A stretch of 64,000 bases of DNA from Amoebidium appalachense (GCA_963693365.1 CAVNZM010000003.1:6827448-6891447), one strand, 5' to 3'. Positions 1 to 28,041 are shown, counted from the stretch's first letter. The notes: generated by a model not told the origin, from the letters alone. A program made the numbers and translations.

Positions 1-31
1 CCCCCCCCCCCCCCCGCCCTCCCCCCTTCAG

Positions 32-13746
<13,715 letters not shown>

Positions 13747-13986
13747 GGGAGGGAGGGGAGAAGGGGGAGGGGGGGGGGGAGGGATTGAGGTGACGGATTG
13801 TAGGCTGAGCAATCTCTGTATTAGTTTTCAGTCACAGAGACGTTGATTCAGGAGTACCTCACTTGTAACGTAACACAGATGTCTTAGTGCAAGCACGTGC
13901 ACACAGTGGCCCATACACTGAGACTATCTTACATGGTAATTAAGTGCAGGCACACTGACTCGGAGATACATGCACGTGCACACACT

Positions 13987-14033
<47 letters not shown>

Positions 14034-14218
14034 AGTCACCTGGATGTTGCCAGGCCAGGCAGTGCCGGCCCCTTGTATTTTGATGAATGAAGTCCATCCC
14101 TGGTGTTCAACTTGAATATCAATTGTGTACCAAGGCCCTAACCTGGCCACCATGGTCTCCTCCCCCCCCCCCCCCCCCCCGCTCCCCCCGCCCCCTCCTT
14201 AGCTAGTGAGCTTATACC

Positions 14219-14251
<33 letters not shown>

Positions 14252-14296
14252 ACCACCACCACCACCACCACCACCACCACCATCACCCCACCGGTG

Positions 14297-14812
<516 letters not shown>

Positions 14813-14814
14813 GA

Positions 14815-15100
14815 TCTCTCTCTTACATATCTCTCGAGAATCCTAAAACAATTATGCTCCCTCCCGCCGTCGTATCTATTGAGCATCGGATATCTACCGT
14901 TGCGCCTCGTGACACACGACGGTCGCACGACGGTCCCGCGGCACGTACCCAACCCAGGTCGCCGTGGCCCAATGATAATCGACGGGATGGGGTGGGTGCC
15001 ACCATGCCCCGTGGGTGGGTTAGAACTTAGCCTAGGACAGTAGCTCAGTATAGGCGAGGGGGATCGCCCGGACATCAGGCCCGGAGTAAGGGGCTACTAG
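14815..15100 (+). mobile_element. Putative non-autonomous Helitron
   Basis: Starts A^TC (14814/14815) and ends CTAG^T (15097-15101). GC-rich short hairpins just upstream of CTAG (GGCGA-n6-TCGCC; GCCC-n8-GGGC). No TSD seen. Confidence 0.4.
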
Positions 15101-16671
15101 TAGATAATGATAATCACCAGTAGGCCCATGCAGCAGCCAGAGTCTGAGCCTCGGTGGCACTTCTGTACTGTGCCTCAGGTAGGCCCTATGACCGGACGTC
15201 GGCCCCGGTCTTAAAAAAGAATGATTCCGGAATCCGGACTTGGGTCAAGTCGGCTCTGCGGTGGAATAAAAATACATTTGGACGGTGTGAGAGGATTGCA
15301 CTTGTATCGCCTGTGATAAGGCTAAAACGCGTCGTCCGACTTGGTGCTGGGGTAGGAATTTGCAATGGGATTCGCTGGACCTGACTGCATTTGTATGTAT
15401 ATTAGTTCAGTATCATACTGGCTATCAAATGTCAGTTTTTGAGATAGATACTCCAGTGCAGCCATGCATAGATCAGACACACTAATACCCACGTGATATC
15501 TTTACTTACCCAGAACACTGGCCACTGGCTAGAACTTTTTTATTGTCAAGGCACACGTGTCCCAGCTATAGCTGAGCGCGTGCCACTCTGTTTATCACAG
15601 CCACCATTGTGCCCGAATAGTTATTCACACATCTGGCATTGATTGGCCAGCATGCCGAAGTGACTTTTTCGTTCACATTCCGGAAGTTGCTATGGAGAAT
15701 TCCATATGCTTCCATTATTGGGCGCCTGTGTGTGTGTGACCACTGGCAGACCTTGCCTGACACTGAGTACCCGACGCTCGTACGTGAGGGTACCGTTGCA
15801 GGAGTAAAAAAACATACATACACCGCTTATGAATCCAACAGACAATGATTTTACGAGTTTTTTGCCTGTTTTTGTGCAGGGGAAAGCGGTAGCAACACGC
15901 TGTTTACTGTGTAAAGTACTCCTGTTACACCCACACTCCCTGGAACAGAATCTATAGATCCGATGCACATGATTAACCTTGAAATAGCCACGACCAATCA
16001 AATCTGACGATCTTGGCTTTTATGCATACCTACCGATATACGTAAGGGCTGCTTTGATTGGTTTAGCCAGAGGTTTTTGTACATTTTTGTACATTTTGTC
16101 GGAAGAATGTAATTGATTGGACGGCTCCTAAATAGCCATAAATACCTACTGGGCGTTCGCACAATAAAAAGCAATAAAAACTAGCCCAGCGTGGGCATTG
16201 TATGAGGCTGTGATTTATTGTCAAAATTAGCACCAGAAGCCGAATACTCAGTGTTAGGTATGTATGTGCTTCTATATGTAGAAGAGTTTTTTTCACTCAA
16301 TATCGCAAAATAAATCCGGCACGTCTTTGGTGACTGTGAGCCATTTTCTTAGACACGATTTGGCACTGATGAATGAATCGAACGTGAAGCCTCGGCGTAC
16401 GTGCGCTACGTTCGAATTCCTGCTTTTGCGCATTCCAATGTGTCACGTGCCTTACCGAGGCCCACTGCCGACAGGGCCATTAATTGGGCCACAGCACGCC
16501 GCCAGAAGATTCAGTGCGCAGTTGGCCTGTAACTGCACTGTGAGAAACTGAATGAAGACCTGCACCCATTCAATGGTTTGACCCGTTAGAAAGAAAGTTT
16601 TAGCCCGGGACGGCAGGGAGTACAACACTTTCATTTTTCCAACTACATAGGATCATAGGCTACGTTCAACC

Positions 16672-18750
16672 ATGATACGCACACTTTTTCTCGCGTCGGC
16701 GCTAGTTTTGGCGCATGCAGCCGACGTCACCGTTTCGCCCGGTGCTGACCTTCAGGCCGCTGTGGACGGTGCATCGAACGGAGACACGATTGTGCTTGAT
16801 GCAGGCACATACACACTCAGTGCCCCCTTGGCCATCAGCAAACCCCTCACCATCAAGGGTGCCCCCGTAGTTGGATCTGCCACCCCCACCACAGTCATTG
16901 ATGTGGCCGGTACGGGCTCTGTTGTCGACGCCAGTGTTTGGGATGTTGCCTTTGTGGATGTGCTCTTCACTGACGCCACCCAGTCTGTCTCCTGCCAGCT
17001 GGCCGAGCCCTGGGCCCTGAAAGCAAACTTCACGATCGACCTGATAGCACCCGTCATCCAAAACAACCTCGTCACCATAGACACGGACCTTGGTAGGTGG
17101 TTCAACACACGCAGGCTGCATGAGCTGTCCTTTGGCAACTGCACATGGGCGGCACACGGCAACAACCACCTTCTGGGCCGCTATCTCCGCCTCGATCGCA
17201 CGTGCCACGCCAAGGTGGGCTACAAGGTTAAGTTTGACCGTCTCCAAAACTGTGGGCTCATCCCAGACAAGACCGTGCCAAAGTTTGTGAGCTACCGCAC
17301 ACACCTTGAAGCAAACATGACCGAATATGTCGCTTTGATCAGCGACACTCAGCCCCTGCGTATTCCCGCAACGCGCAGCGGCAATGCCATCACCATTCTC
17401 CGCATTCAGATCGACAGAGAGGGGTCCGTGTCTGCGAGCATCACCGTCAACTATCCTAAGTTGGAGATAGAAGCCACCATCGTGAAAATACAAACAAACA
17501 AGACTGTGGGCAACGAAACCACCGTCCAGATTCTTGTGAATGTTCCTCCGCCTTTCATCATTACCAATAGCACGGGTACCCTTAATGCAACCAACAAGGA
17601 CGACACCAACCTCACAACAGGCACATGGACATCAATTGGCGCCGAATGCACAGAGCCCGGGGTCCCATGCAACCGCACGCTCGAATTTCTTCTTTACGGG
17701 TGTGATCTTACGGCCCAGTACGTGCTCAAACAGGTCCCCATAACCTGTGACGCAGCCACCGCCGCCGCTAACGCATGCCCCGGCGAGGGCCAGTCGTTCG
17801 ACATCCAGTTCTACCTGGACACCCTCAACTTCTGCAAAGAGTCTGAATTCAACCTGTCAGCCCTGTTCACCGCCGACATTGTCCTTCGATCCGACAACAC
17901 CTACACCACCGTGCGGCCCACAAACAACTTCAACCTTGGCGACATGTCCTTCTGGTCTATCCGCCTCTGGACAAACGTCACCAACGTAGGCATCAGCGAC
18001 GCAGAAATCATCGCATCTAAACGCGAATCGGACGGCGACTGCACCGCGACGCCCGCCTACGTGACCTACCTCACCAACCCCGCCACCATTGCAGTGACCA
18101 AGTCCCTCGGCCAGAACCCGGCACAGCTCCATTTCCCTCTGCAGGTAACTTCAGCAATGGCGTGTGCAAGTGCCCTGACTACTGGTAACAGCGTCAACTT
18201 CACATACACTGTTAGGGTCGACTATGTGGACTCGAGCGTACGCCGCCGCCGGAGAAACACCGGTGAAATGCAAAGTGTGTTCAGGCGCAATAGCGGTGCC
18301 ATGGATGTCGACTCACCTCCTGTGGGTATTGGATATCGCCAAGATCAGGCCCCGGTGATTCCTCAGCAGACGGAAGCGGCGACGGGCGGGTCTACAAAGG
18401 CGCTAGTCATGGTTGCGGTGGTGGTGTCTGTCCTTGCGTGTGTGTGCTGTGTGGGTGTGGGTATGCTTGCGGTGGCGCTGTATAGGCGTAGGCAAAGGCG
18501 TAATGAGAAGAACGATGAGATGCTTGCAAACACGAACACAGATATGGCAGCTAGCAGGGCTTATTTCCAGTCTCCTTCAAATGCGGATATGGGTGGAAGC
18601 AAAATGTCCTTCCACTCCCCGTCCGCTGATGTTACTAATACTCAGGCTGGGATTGCATCAGGTAGTAAGATGAGTGTGCGATCTCCCTCTGTGGACTTCA
18701 GTGGTTTGTCTTCGGGTAGTCGCATGAGCGTGAGCATGAACAGGGTCTAG
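16672..18750 (+). CDS. Intronless type-I membrane glycoprotein, ZP-module-like ectodomain (paralog A, 692 aa)
   Basis: Uninterrupted 2079-nt ORF free of microsatellites, ACCATG start. Signal peptide MIRTLFLASALVLAHA, beta-helix-type N-cap LQAAVDGASNGDTIVLDAGTY, conserved Cys pattern, many NxS/T sequons, RRRRR, TM helix with Cys-Cys, basic stop-transfer. Colinear with 34028-36025. Confidence 0.92.
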   Translation: MIRTLFLASALVLAHAADVTVSPGADLQAAVDGASNGDTIVLDAGTYTLSAPLAISKPLTIKGAPVVGSATPTTVIDVAGTGSVVDASVWDVAFVDVLFTDATQSVSCQLAEPWALKANFTIDLIAPVIQNNLVTIDTDLGRWFNTRRLHELSFGNCTWAAHGNNHLLGRYLRLDRTCHAKVGYKVKFDRLQNCGLIPDKTVPKFVSYRTHLEANMTEYVALISDTQPLRIPATRSGNAITILRIQIDREGSVSASITVNYPKLEIEATIVKIQTNKTVGNETTVQILVNVPPPFIITNSTGTLNATNKDDTNLTTGTWTSIGAECTEPGVPCNRTLEFLLYGCDLTAQYVLKQVPITCDAATAAANACPGEGQSFDIQFYLDTLNFCKESEFNLSALFTADIVLRSDNTYTTVRPTNNFNLGDMSFWSIRLWTNVTNVGISDAEIIASKRESDGDCTATPAYVTYLTNPATIAVTKSLGQNPAQLHFPLQVTSAMACASALTTGNSVNFTYTVRVDYVDSSVRRRRRNTGEMQSVFRRNSGAMDVDSPPVGIGYRQDQAPVIPQQTEAATGGSTKALVMVAVVVSVLACVCCVGVGMLAVALYRRRQRRNEKNDEMLANTNTDMAASRAYFQSPSNADMGGSKMSFHSPSADVTNTQAGIASGSKMSVRSPSVDFSGLSSGSRMSVSMNRV

Positions 18751-18767
18751 ACTTTTGTCCAAAGATG

Positions 18768-19022
18768 CGGCCACTGTGTGTGTTATGTAGATTAGACTCG
18801 TAATAATTCGGCCACTATTGTAACGGTTTTGGTACGCCACTGTGTGTGTTATGTAGATTAGACTAATAATAACTTGGCCACTATAGTAACGGTTTTGGTA
18901 GAACCGTTTATAATAACTTGGCCACTATTGTAACGGTTTTGGTACGCCACTGTGTGTGTTATGAGATTAGACTCATAATAACTTGGCCACTGTAGTAACG
19001 GTTTTGGTAGAACCGTTTATAA
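18768..19022. repeat. ~68-bp tandem repeat just downstream of the paralog A stop, ~3-4 copies
   Basis: GCCACTGTGTGTGTTATGTAGATTAGAC...GGCCACTATTGTAACGGTTTTGGTA repeated. Confidence 0.9.
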
Positions 19023-19546
19023 GTTGACACCCACCCCACTGGTTGGGGATCTGCAAGCTGTCTTCTTTTTAAACTAATTTATGATTTCACCCACCAGTAG
19101 ATGATAGTATGTACTTTTAAGTTTAGGTAGTGAGTTTTAATCGAAATAAAAACAAAACAACATCCGACTGTCTCTGTTCAATGCTCACAGCAATCTGCAA
19201 GATGGATTTGCCCACAACTGGCCGTGAGGCATGGGGGTTAGAGTTGGGGAGAGGGGGGAAGGGGGGCGCTCTTGAGATCGCAGTGACCGTCCCAGCTTTG
19301 CGCCCTGTGCCCTATGTAGGATTCACTGTTTCGGCGAATCATGTCTGAGAGAAAAGCCTTTTCGGGTCGGTAGGGGAGAGAAAACACACGACTCCGCTGA
19401 GTCGGGCGAGATCCTCTGAGCGCTTTTTCTGTGTGTTTTTGTTTGTGTCCGACAGTTGTAAATTCAGTAGGGGAGGCCCGGTGAGGGATTGAGTTCCGAG
19501 TGATCCGAGTTGCAAAATCTCCACATCGTATTGGTTGCCGCTTTGT

Positions 19547-19607
<61 letters not shown>

Positions 19608-21799
19608 TTCTTCCCCCCCCCACATATACCTTCACCGGCCATTTCACTGAAATGGTAGCTTTTCACTCACCCAGCAGCGCCAACTCTACAATAGTGGCAC
19701 GTCACTTTGGACCGTCTGCTATGGGGTGGAAAGGGACAAAATCGAAACGATACTACTTTTCTAGGGCTACGCGATTGGTTGATTTGACCAGATTCAAGGA
19801 GGCTAGCAGCCGCTGATTGGCTGACTGACCGGCGCGCCTCATCTAGCTAGCAGCTGCTATAGTAGCTCTTCACACGGTCTAAATTTGCCCACCGCGCTAT
19901 CTACAAGGCGCTACAAAAACTTGTTATTAGGCACCCAAAGCCTGTTTACTATTAGGAAAAAGGCTGAATGTACTTCAAATTACTTTCGAATAGTGTGTAA
20001 CCTCAATAGTAGCTCTAAGGCCCGACTTTTGACTAAGCCCCCGTCACATATACATACGCCATAATTGATCATGATCATGAGCAGGAACTCGCTAAAAAAG
20101 TAGTAGATTTCTATTTTGTTCCTTTCCACCCCATGGTAACACTCATTGCAAAGGGCTGGCTTGACGCTAGCACCCCAAAGACTGTTTCTGATTGGACGAC
20201 TCCGACCAATCGGCAGCCACCGAGCTATCAGTACTGGGGATGACCCCCCTCCCCTTCCCCCCCTCCCCCCGTGACCCCCTCTTCCTCCCCCCCCCCCCCC
20301 CCCCCCCTGCCGCTGCCGCTGCTGCCAGCCACACATGATGTACACACTGTCAAACACACACGTTCACGCGTGGCACAAACCAACAAACACATACGGGCTA
20401 TCACACACTGACACACACACACACCGGCACACACACACACACTGTGGCACCCACACTCACACTCAAATACACACACACACACACACACACCGTGCCACAG
20501 CGGCACACACCCGGCACTTGCGTGCGTGCGTACACGCGCACACATCATCGGACACACCACATTGACCCCCCCGGGGCCTTCCCACTCCCCCCTTCCCACC
20601 ACTGTGCACACGCACACCCAACACATCATGTACCCCCCGTCCTCCTAGGCTACCCCACCCTTCCTCCCCACCACTGTGTGCCACACACACACATACACAC
20701 ACGTACGCATAACGGCAACCGGCACTTGCCAACTTCCTACCAAATGATGCAACTTCATTATTTCATCCAAAGGCGTCGAGGAAACTTTGGCCTGACCAAA
20801 GGGTACCATGAACCTCACGCGGGGGGGGGGGGGGGGGGCATTGATACTCTTGGCGTGTTCTTACGATTTGGGGCTTGATCCGAGGGGTATGGTTATTCGA
20901 GGGACTAATGTACCCTTTCCCCCTCCCCCCCCGGCCCCCCCCCCCCCCCCCCCACCCCCACCCCTCCCCCTCTCCCTCCCCCCCCTGTGCAAACCCCCCC
21001 TTCTCCCCCTTCCGGGCCCCCCTTTCCCCTCCACCTCAAACCCTCCCCCCTCCCCCCTCCCTCCCCCCATCCCGCCCGTGAGGCTCCGGGTTCCCCTTCC
21101 CTCCCTCCCCCCTCCCCTCCCCCTCCCCCCCCCCCCCCTTTCCCCTCCCCCCCCTCCCCCCCTCCCCTCCCCCCCCTCCCCCCCCTTCCCCACCTCCCAA
21201 CCCCAATAAACACACACAACACCCACCCGCCACCAACCCACCTACTCCAACTAAACTTACGAAGCGCCCAAAGCGCACAATCACACTTGCAGGGGCCACT
21301 AAGTTGCCAATATATCAATGCCACATGCTATCAATATCATGATGTTTTGAACGTCGGACATCATAGGGATGTGAGCCGGATGCCCAAAAATGCCTCGATT
21401 TGATTGGTAGGGTTGAATGGCTGCGAATCTTGCTCTGACCGCCCCATAGTGATAGTAGCCCCTACCGGGCCTTCTTCAGGAGAAAATGGCACATCGGCCC
21501 TGTTACCGTGTGCTCACGCTGTGCCCAAATCCATGAAAGCCAACGGTACACTTCCTCCACTTACCCCCCCCCCCCCCCCTCCCCCCCCTTCCTCCCTCCC
21601 TCCCCCTTCCCCCCCTCCCCCCCCTCCCCTCCCCCCTCCCCGCGCGCCCTTTCTTTCCTCTCTTCCAACACCCAGCCCCGACAACGACCAATTACTGTGG
21701 GCACCTCCTGGTCATACCGTCACTAAAAGGTATGGGCAGCACATCTACGGTCTCCTCCCCTTCTTCTGCCCATCCATTATCTCTCCTTTTTTTTTTTTT

Positions 21800-21988
21800 A
21801 ATACCCTCTAGATAATACCCCCTTTCTTCTATCATACTTTTTGTCCGCTTTTTTATCCACCCCGCTATCAGATTCTCCCCCTTTTTCTATCCACTCTCTA
21901 TCCAAGCCCTCGGTAAGCTATCCAGCCACTATCCCCCCTTTCTTCTTTCCACTCCGTATATCCGCTTTCTTCTATCCACCTACTTTCC

Positions 21989-22021
<33 letters not shown>

Positions 22022-22470
22022 CCCCAAAACTTCTTCTTTCCACCCACTATCTCCCCTTCTCTTCTATCCTGAACTATCCTCCCTTTCTTCTATCCACCCA
22101 CTATCCCGCCTTTCTTCTATCCGGCCCACTATCACAGTCTCCACCCACCATCATCCCCTTTCTTCTATCCACCCACTACCCCCCCCCCTCCCCCCCCCCC
22201 TTAAAATTCTATATTCTTCCTTCCATCCACTATCCCCCCTTTCTTCTATCCACCCACTATCTCCCCTTCCTCCTATCCAGCCACTGCCCCCCCTTATTCT
22301 ATCCACTCACACTCTCACACCCCTTTCCCCACCCTCTATCCCCCCTTTCTTCTATCCACCCACTGCTATGGATGATCCTCTTTTTCTTCTATCCACCCCC
22401 TAGACTTATGATTTACCCTTTCTTCTATCCAACCACTATCCTCCCTTTCTTCTATCCAGCCACTATCGTA
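21800..22470. repeat. Degenerate ~26-bp pyrimidine minisatellite (CTATCCCCCTTTCTTCTATCCACCCA)
   Basis: Tandem degenerate copies; related array at 26935-27280. Confidence 0.8.
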
Positions 22471-23414
22471 CAGGGGCTGTTTACTAGTCCCACAGACACG
22501 TTAATTAAATATGACTGACATAGGCTAAGAAGTTCTTCAATCGAAATGGTTGGAAATGATTAACTTGAAGTCTCAGGCTATCAAGGATGAGGGGAGGTAA
22601 ATTTACTAAATGCGTGTGCCACGTGTGTGTGTGTGTGTGCGTGTGTGTATGTGTGTGTGTGTGTGTGCGTGTGTGTGTGTGTGTGTGCGTGTGCGTGTGC
22701 GTGTGTGTGCATGTGGGTGTGTATGTGGGTGTGTATGTGGGTGGGTGGGGGTGTGTGTGTGTTGCGGTGTGTGTGTGTGTGTATGTGTGTGTGTGCATGT
22801 GTGTGTGTGTTTGTTTGTTTGTTTGTTTGTGTGTGTGTGTGTGTGTGTGTGTTTGCATGTGTGTGTGTTCGTGTGTTTGTGTGCATGTGTGCCTGCAGTG
22901 TGTGCGCGCATGTGTGTGTTTGCTTGTGAGTATATGTGCATGTGTATGTATGATGTGTGTGTGTGTGTGCGCGTGTCTGTGCATGCGCGCGGGCGTGTGT
23001 GCGCGTGTGTGTGCGCGTGCGAGTGTCTCCGTTCAAGAGTCTACCTCTCTCCCCGAACCTCTCAACACCCACTCGCATGTAGGTCCACATAAATTGAAGT
23101 TCTTCCCCTCCCCCTCCCCCCTTCCCCCCGCCCCCCGTGGCACCCACTCGGGGCGCCTGCTGCATGCCTCCCCTGAGTTCCCCTGCCGGAAATATGGATG
23201 AAAGATTGCCTTCTGAGAAAGAGGGACTCATGAAGATACTAAGTTGAGGTGAAGGAAGTAGGTGAGGGTAGGTCGGTGGGGGCTGGGGAGGAGGGGGAAT
23301 AGTGGGGGCCGGAGAATGGGGGGGGGGGGGGGGGGGGGAGGGGGGGGGGGGGAGAAGAAGGCAAGGGATAGTAAGGAGTGAGGGGATGGACCCCTTCCGG
23401 GGGGGGGGGGGGGG

Positions 23415-23445
<31 letters not shown>

Positions 23446-23921
23446 TTTCACGAATATATTTACACCGGTTAAAGTTTGCATGTCGTCTCCACATACTCCC
23501 AAGACAAAGTGTGATCGGGAATATCTTGGCTAGGAAAATGAACTTAATTGAAACCTTTCCAAGCCTCACCAAAAAAGATCAAATATATCTCAGAAATAAG
23601 CCAGAATATGAGAGCAAAGAAAAAAAAAGATTTCAATACTCTCGGACAGAGCAAATGGCGACCTAGATATTCCGTCCTGGTTTCTGGTTACTCTGCCAAC
23701 GTAACTTGAAACCGTATTTTAGATTATTTTTCAAGAAATGCTACTTTGCTCTGGGCCAAATAAAATCATCACCGAGCATCTTCGGTGCATTAGTGACCAA
23801 TCCCCTCCTCCCCCCCCCCCTCCCCCCCCCCCCCCCCCCCCCCCCATCCTCACACTCACACACACGCACACACGTACACCGTAACACCACCACCACCGCC
23901 GCCACCACACACAAACACCGT

Positions 23922-24013
<92 letters not shown>

Positions 24014-24356
24014 GGAGATTTATTTTTGTTGTTTGCGGGGTGGAGGGTGTGTGGGGGGGTGTGTGGGGTGTGTGTGTGCGGAAGGGGGGGGGGGGGGGGG
24101 AGGGGGGAGGGGGGAGGGGGGGAGGGGGGAGGTGCGTTACAGGGGGGACTGCAAGCTGACTTTTGTTGGCTGCGTAAAACATGCTAAGCCTTGAAAGGAC
24201 CTTGGTGTACGTCATGAATCAGATTAATCCCTTCCCAAGGCTAGGTGACATCTTTGATTAGCACGTGACCCAAGGAACCCTCATGATATCGATATGCACG
24301 ATTATCTACATTCAAAAAACGGGGGCCTAAGGCTTCCGGTACAAAATTTCCTGCAG

Positions 24357-24398
<42 letters not shown>

Positions 24399-25758
24399 CA
24401 CAGATATCCAGAAAGAAACGGTGGATATGTGTGTATGGGGGGGAGGGGGGTAGTGGGGGGGTAGTTCGATCGAGAAAAACGGTGGGGGAGATATAGAGGG
24501 AGAGAAAGGGAGGGAGATGGCGGGGAGGGGGGACGAGGTTGTCGGGTGGGGTGGGGGGGGGGGGAAAGGCGGGGGACGGCCATTGTAATAAATAAATGAC
24601 TTCAATATGACTTTCAGTTTAATGACCATGAATATCATAATATAATTATAATATAATATGAATATGATAAGTCGGAGGATTTACACTTTCTACAGTTTGG
24701 GAAACGGTGGGAGCACTTCCTCTCGTGTACATGTGTGGTTTCATGTATTTTCCAGCACGGCCACACAATAGCAGAGGAACCAAATTAATACTAGGGTCTA
24801 TGGGCATCGGCTCGGATCGACGGTGATATCATCGAATCAGATTCTGCGCAGCTTGTGTGTGCCAGCGCGTTGACAGAGGTGTATCCGACGGTCTTTGCCC
24901 ATACACACATGGGGTGGGAGGGAAAAAAGAATACAGACAGATGCAGTTCAAAGAGGTTCCCGGTAGGCACTGAACAGCGGGAGGGGGGGGGGGGGGGGTA
25001 GGGTATGTGGGAGGGAGAGAGAGTGTATGAGAAGGGGGAGGGGAAAGGGGGGGAGGGGGGGGGGAGGGAGGGGAGGGGGGAGGGGGGGATATTCCCGTTC
25101 CGCTGTCTGTCTCAATTTTATTTTCAAATTCTTGTTTTAGTTTTTCTGCGGGATGATGTTGGGGGGAAGGGTGGGAGGGTGGGGAGGCAACGGCATCTCT
25201 TTAATAAACCTTGGAGCGAATTAAGGTTGAATGACTCATTTAACCTTCGACTGTCCAAACACCACATGTGACTACTGTCGGACACTTATTACCTCCGTAT
25301 AGTCACACGTGTGATATCATCGAGGTGACTCAGAATCCCCCCTGAGACCCTCCGACCCCCCTCCCCCCCCCCCCCCCCCCCCCCCAAGATTCCCCCTCAG
25401 ACCCTTAGCCCCCCCCCCCCCCCCCCCCCCCATGTGTTGGGAAATAGTCACTAGTTTGGTATCATCAGGGTGTCTTAGACCCCCCTTGAGACCCTTAGAA
25501 CCCCCCATGTGCCTGGACTGGCTCTGAAGACAGCCACTCACACTAGTGGGCATATGACACAGATATCTTGCTGGCAGCATGCATTGGATAATTGCAGTCA
25601 CAGTGACCCTGTATCCCCCCCCGCGCCGATCAAATGATCTCGGTGCGCTCCCCCCCCCCCCCTCCCCCCCTCTCCCCCCTCCCACCTCTTCCCCCTCCCG
25701 TATCCCCGCCGCCCCCTGCGACCCACCCAATCCCTCTGCCACCCCCACCCGTCCCCTC

Positions 25759-25812
<54 letters not shown>

Positions 25813-26178
25813 ACACATGCATGCTCTTCTCCCCCTCCCTTCCCACTCTCTTCACGGGACCCAGCACATTCTCACTCCAGCCCCTCCCCTCCCCCTCCCC
25901 CCCCAACCACCCACACACCCCGGTTTACCCCCCCCCCCCCCCCCCCCCCCCTCTCCTCCTCCTCCTCCTTCTAACGGCGCCATGCATGTGCACGCAATAG
26001 CGCCGTGAATGCTTTATGCATATGATTATGCCATCTGATACATCGTGCTGGCCCAGGAGAGAATAATGTTCGAATATAGCCCTGCCACCACAGGTCATGC
26101 TTCTTTCAGCTCCCTAAAAGTACTTATCCCCCACCCCCCTCCCCCCGCCCCTCTCCCCCCCTCCCCCCAACCTGCCAC

Positions 26179-26225
<47 letters not shown>

Positions 26226-26384
26226 CCCCCCCCCCTCCCCCCCTCCCCCCTTCCCCCCTTTTCCACCATCCATGGCCCCTTCTGTGGACACCCAGGCCAC
26301 TTAGACCAGTCCGCACACACACCATGAGCCCATGCCATCCACACTCACGGTACCGTCTTGCCGGGAACCGTCCTCTTTCCACCG

Positions 26385-26815
26385 TCACACCCTGTCCCAC
26401 ATTATCCACCCACATTATCCACCCTGTCCCCACATTATCCACCCACTCAACACCCTGTCCCCACATTATCCACCCACTCAACACCCTGTCCCCACATTAT
26501 CCACCCACTCAACACCCTGTCCCCACATTATCCACCCTGTCCCCACATTATCCACCCACTCAACACCCTGTCCCCACATTATCCACCCTGTCCCCACATT
26601 ATCCACCCACTCAACACCCTGTCCCCACATTATCCACCCTGCACATTATCCACCCACTCAACACCCTGTCCCCACATTATCCAACCTGTCCCCACATGAT
26701 CCACCCACTCAACACCCTGTCCCCACATTATGCACCCTGTCCCCACATTATCCACCCACTCAACACCCTGTCCCCACATTATCCACCCTGTCCCCACATT
26801 ATCCACCCACTCAAC
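26385..26815. repeat. Minisatellite of mixed 19/31-bp units (CCCTGTCCCCACATTATCCA[CCCACTCAACA])
   Basis: Tandem copies; source of the spurious PCPHIIHPLNTLSPHY ORFs. Confidence 0.95.
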
Positions 26816-27718
26816 CGCTCATAGTATACACCCTCGGCCTTCCTCCGACCGCTGACCTCCCTAATCCTCTATTTGCCCACCGTTTGCTCTCGTCCAATCA
26901 TCCCGGTCAAAAGAAAAAATATTTCCGCTTGCCTCTGCCCACCCACTATCCTCCCCTTTATCTATCCACCCACTATCTCCCCTTTATCTATCCACCCACT
27001 ATCTCCCTTTATATATCCACCCACGATCCCCCCTTTATCTATCCACCCACGAACCCCCCTTCATCTATCCAACCACTATCCCCCCTTTATCTATCCAACC
27101 ACTATCTCCCCTGTCTTCTATCCCCCTACTCTCTTCCCAGGGCCTTGCTTTTATCCCACTACCAGTTCCCCTTTCTTAGAGTCTATCCCCCAGCTATCTC
27201 CCCTTTCTTCTTTTCGTCCACCCAACATCTGCCCTTTCCTATGTCCACCTTTATCCAACTTGTTCCTATCCACCCATCAAGCCTTTCTGGTTCACACGGT
27301 GACCGCTCGTCCGAATCTTTTTGAGGGTTGCTTTTGAAGTGTGTGTGTGTAGTATAGTGTCTCCTCTATCCCTCTCCACCGCGACTCATCCTCCCCCGCC
27401 GTCTCCGCCACCCCCCTCCCCCCTCCTCCCTCCCCCTGTTCCTCTTCTTCCCCAGTCAATCTCCCCTTTTTGGTACGCATTTGAAAGGTAAATATTCAGC
27501 ACCGTACGGCAAAGACAGACGGAGGGGTGGGCGAGATGAAGAGGGTACGGCTTGTGGGTAGGGATTGGAGGGTGCGGGTTGGGAGGGGGCCGGGGGGGGG
27601 GGGGGGGGAGGGGGGGGGGAGGGGGAAGAGGAGGGGGGCAAGGGCAGGGGGGGGGGGGGGGGATGGGGGGGGGTCACAGGAGTTTTTGAATCAATTTTTG
27701 CGATGCCTATGAATCAAG

Positions 27719-27832
27719 GGACCCCGCCAATAAGAATACGCTAGCAGCCAAGTGGGGATTTTATGGGCAGGCACCTCGGCCAGATTTTGGGATCACTTTT
27801 TTTGGTGGCCGACTGGCCGAAAACCCCCCCCT

Positions 27833-27871
<39 letters not shown>

Positions 27872-28000
27872 TTCCCCCCCCCCCCCCCTCCTCCTCCCGG
27901 ATCCCCTCCCCCCTAATCTTATCCCCCTCCCGGCCACTCGGTCTGGCGGGGTCCCCAATCTCCCGCCCCGCCCACCCGCCTCCCTGCCTCCCGCTCTTTT

Positions 28001-28041
<41 letters not shown>

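Noticed and set aside
16702-17493. 263-aa antisense ORF (and similar ones within 34028-36025)
   Set aside because: Shadow ORFs of GC-rich coding sequence on the opposite strand.
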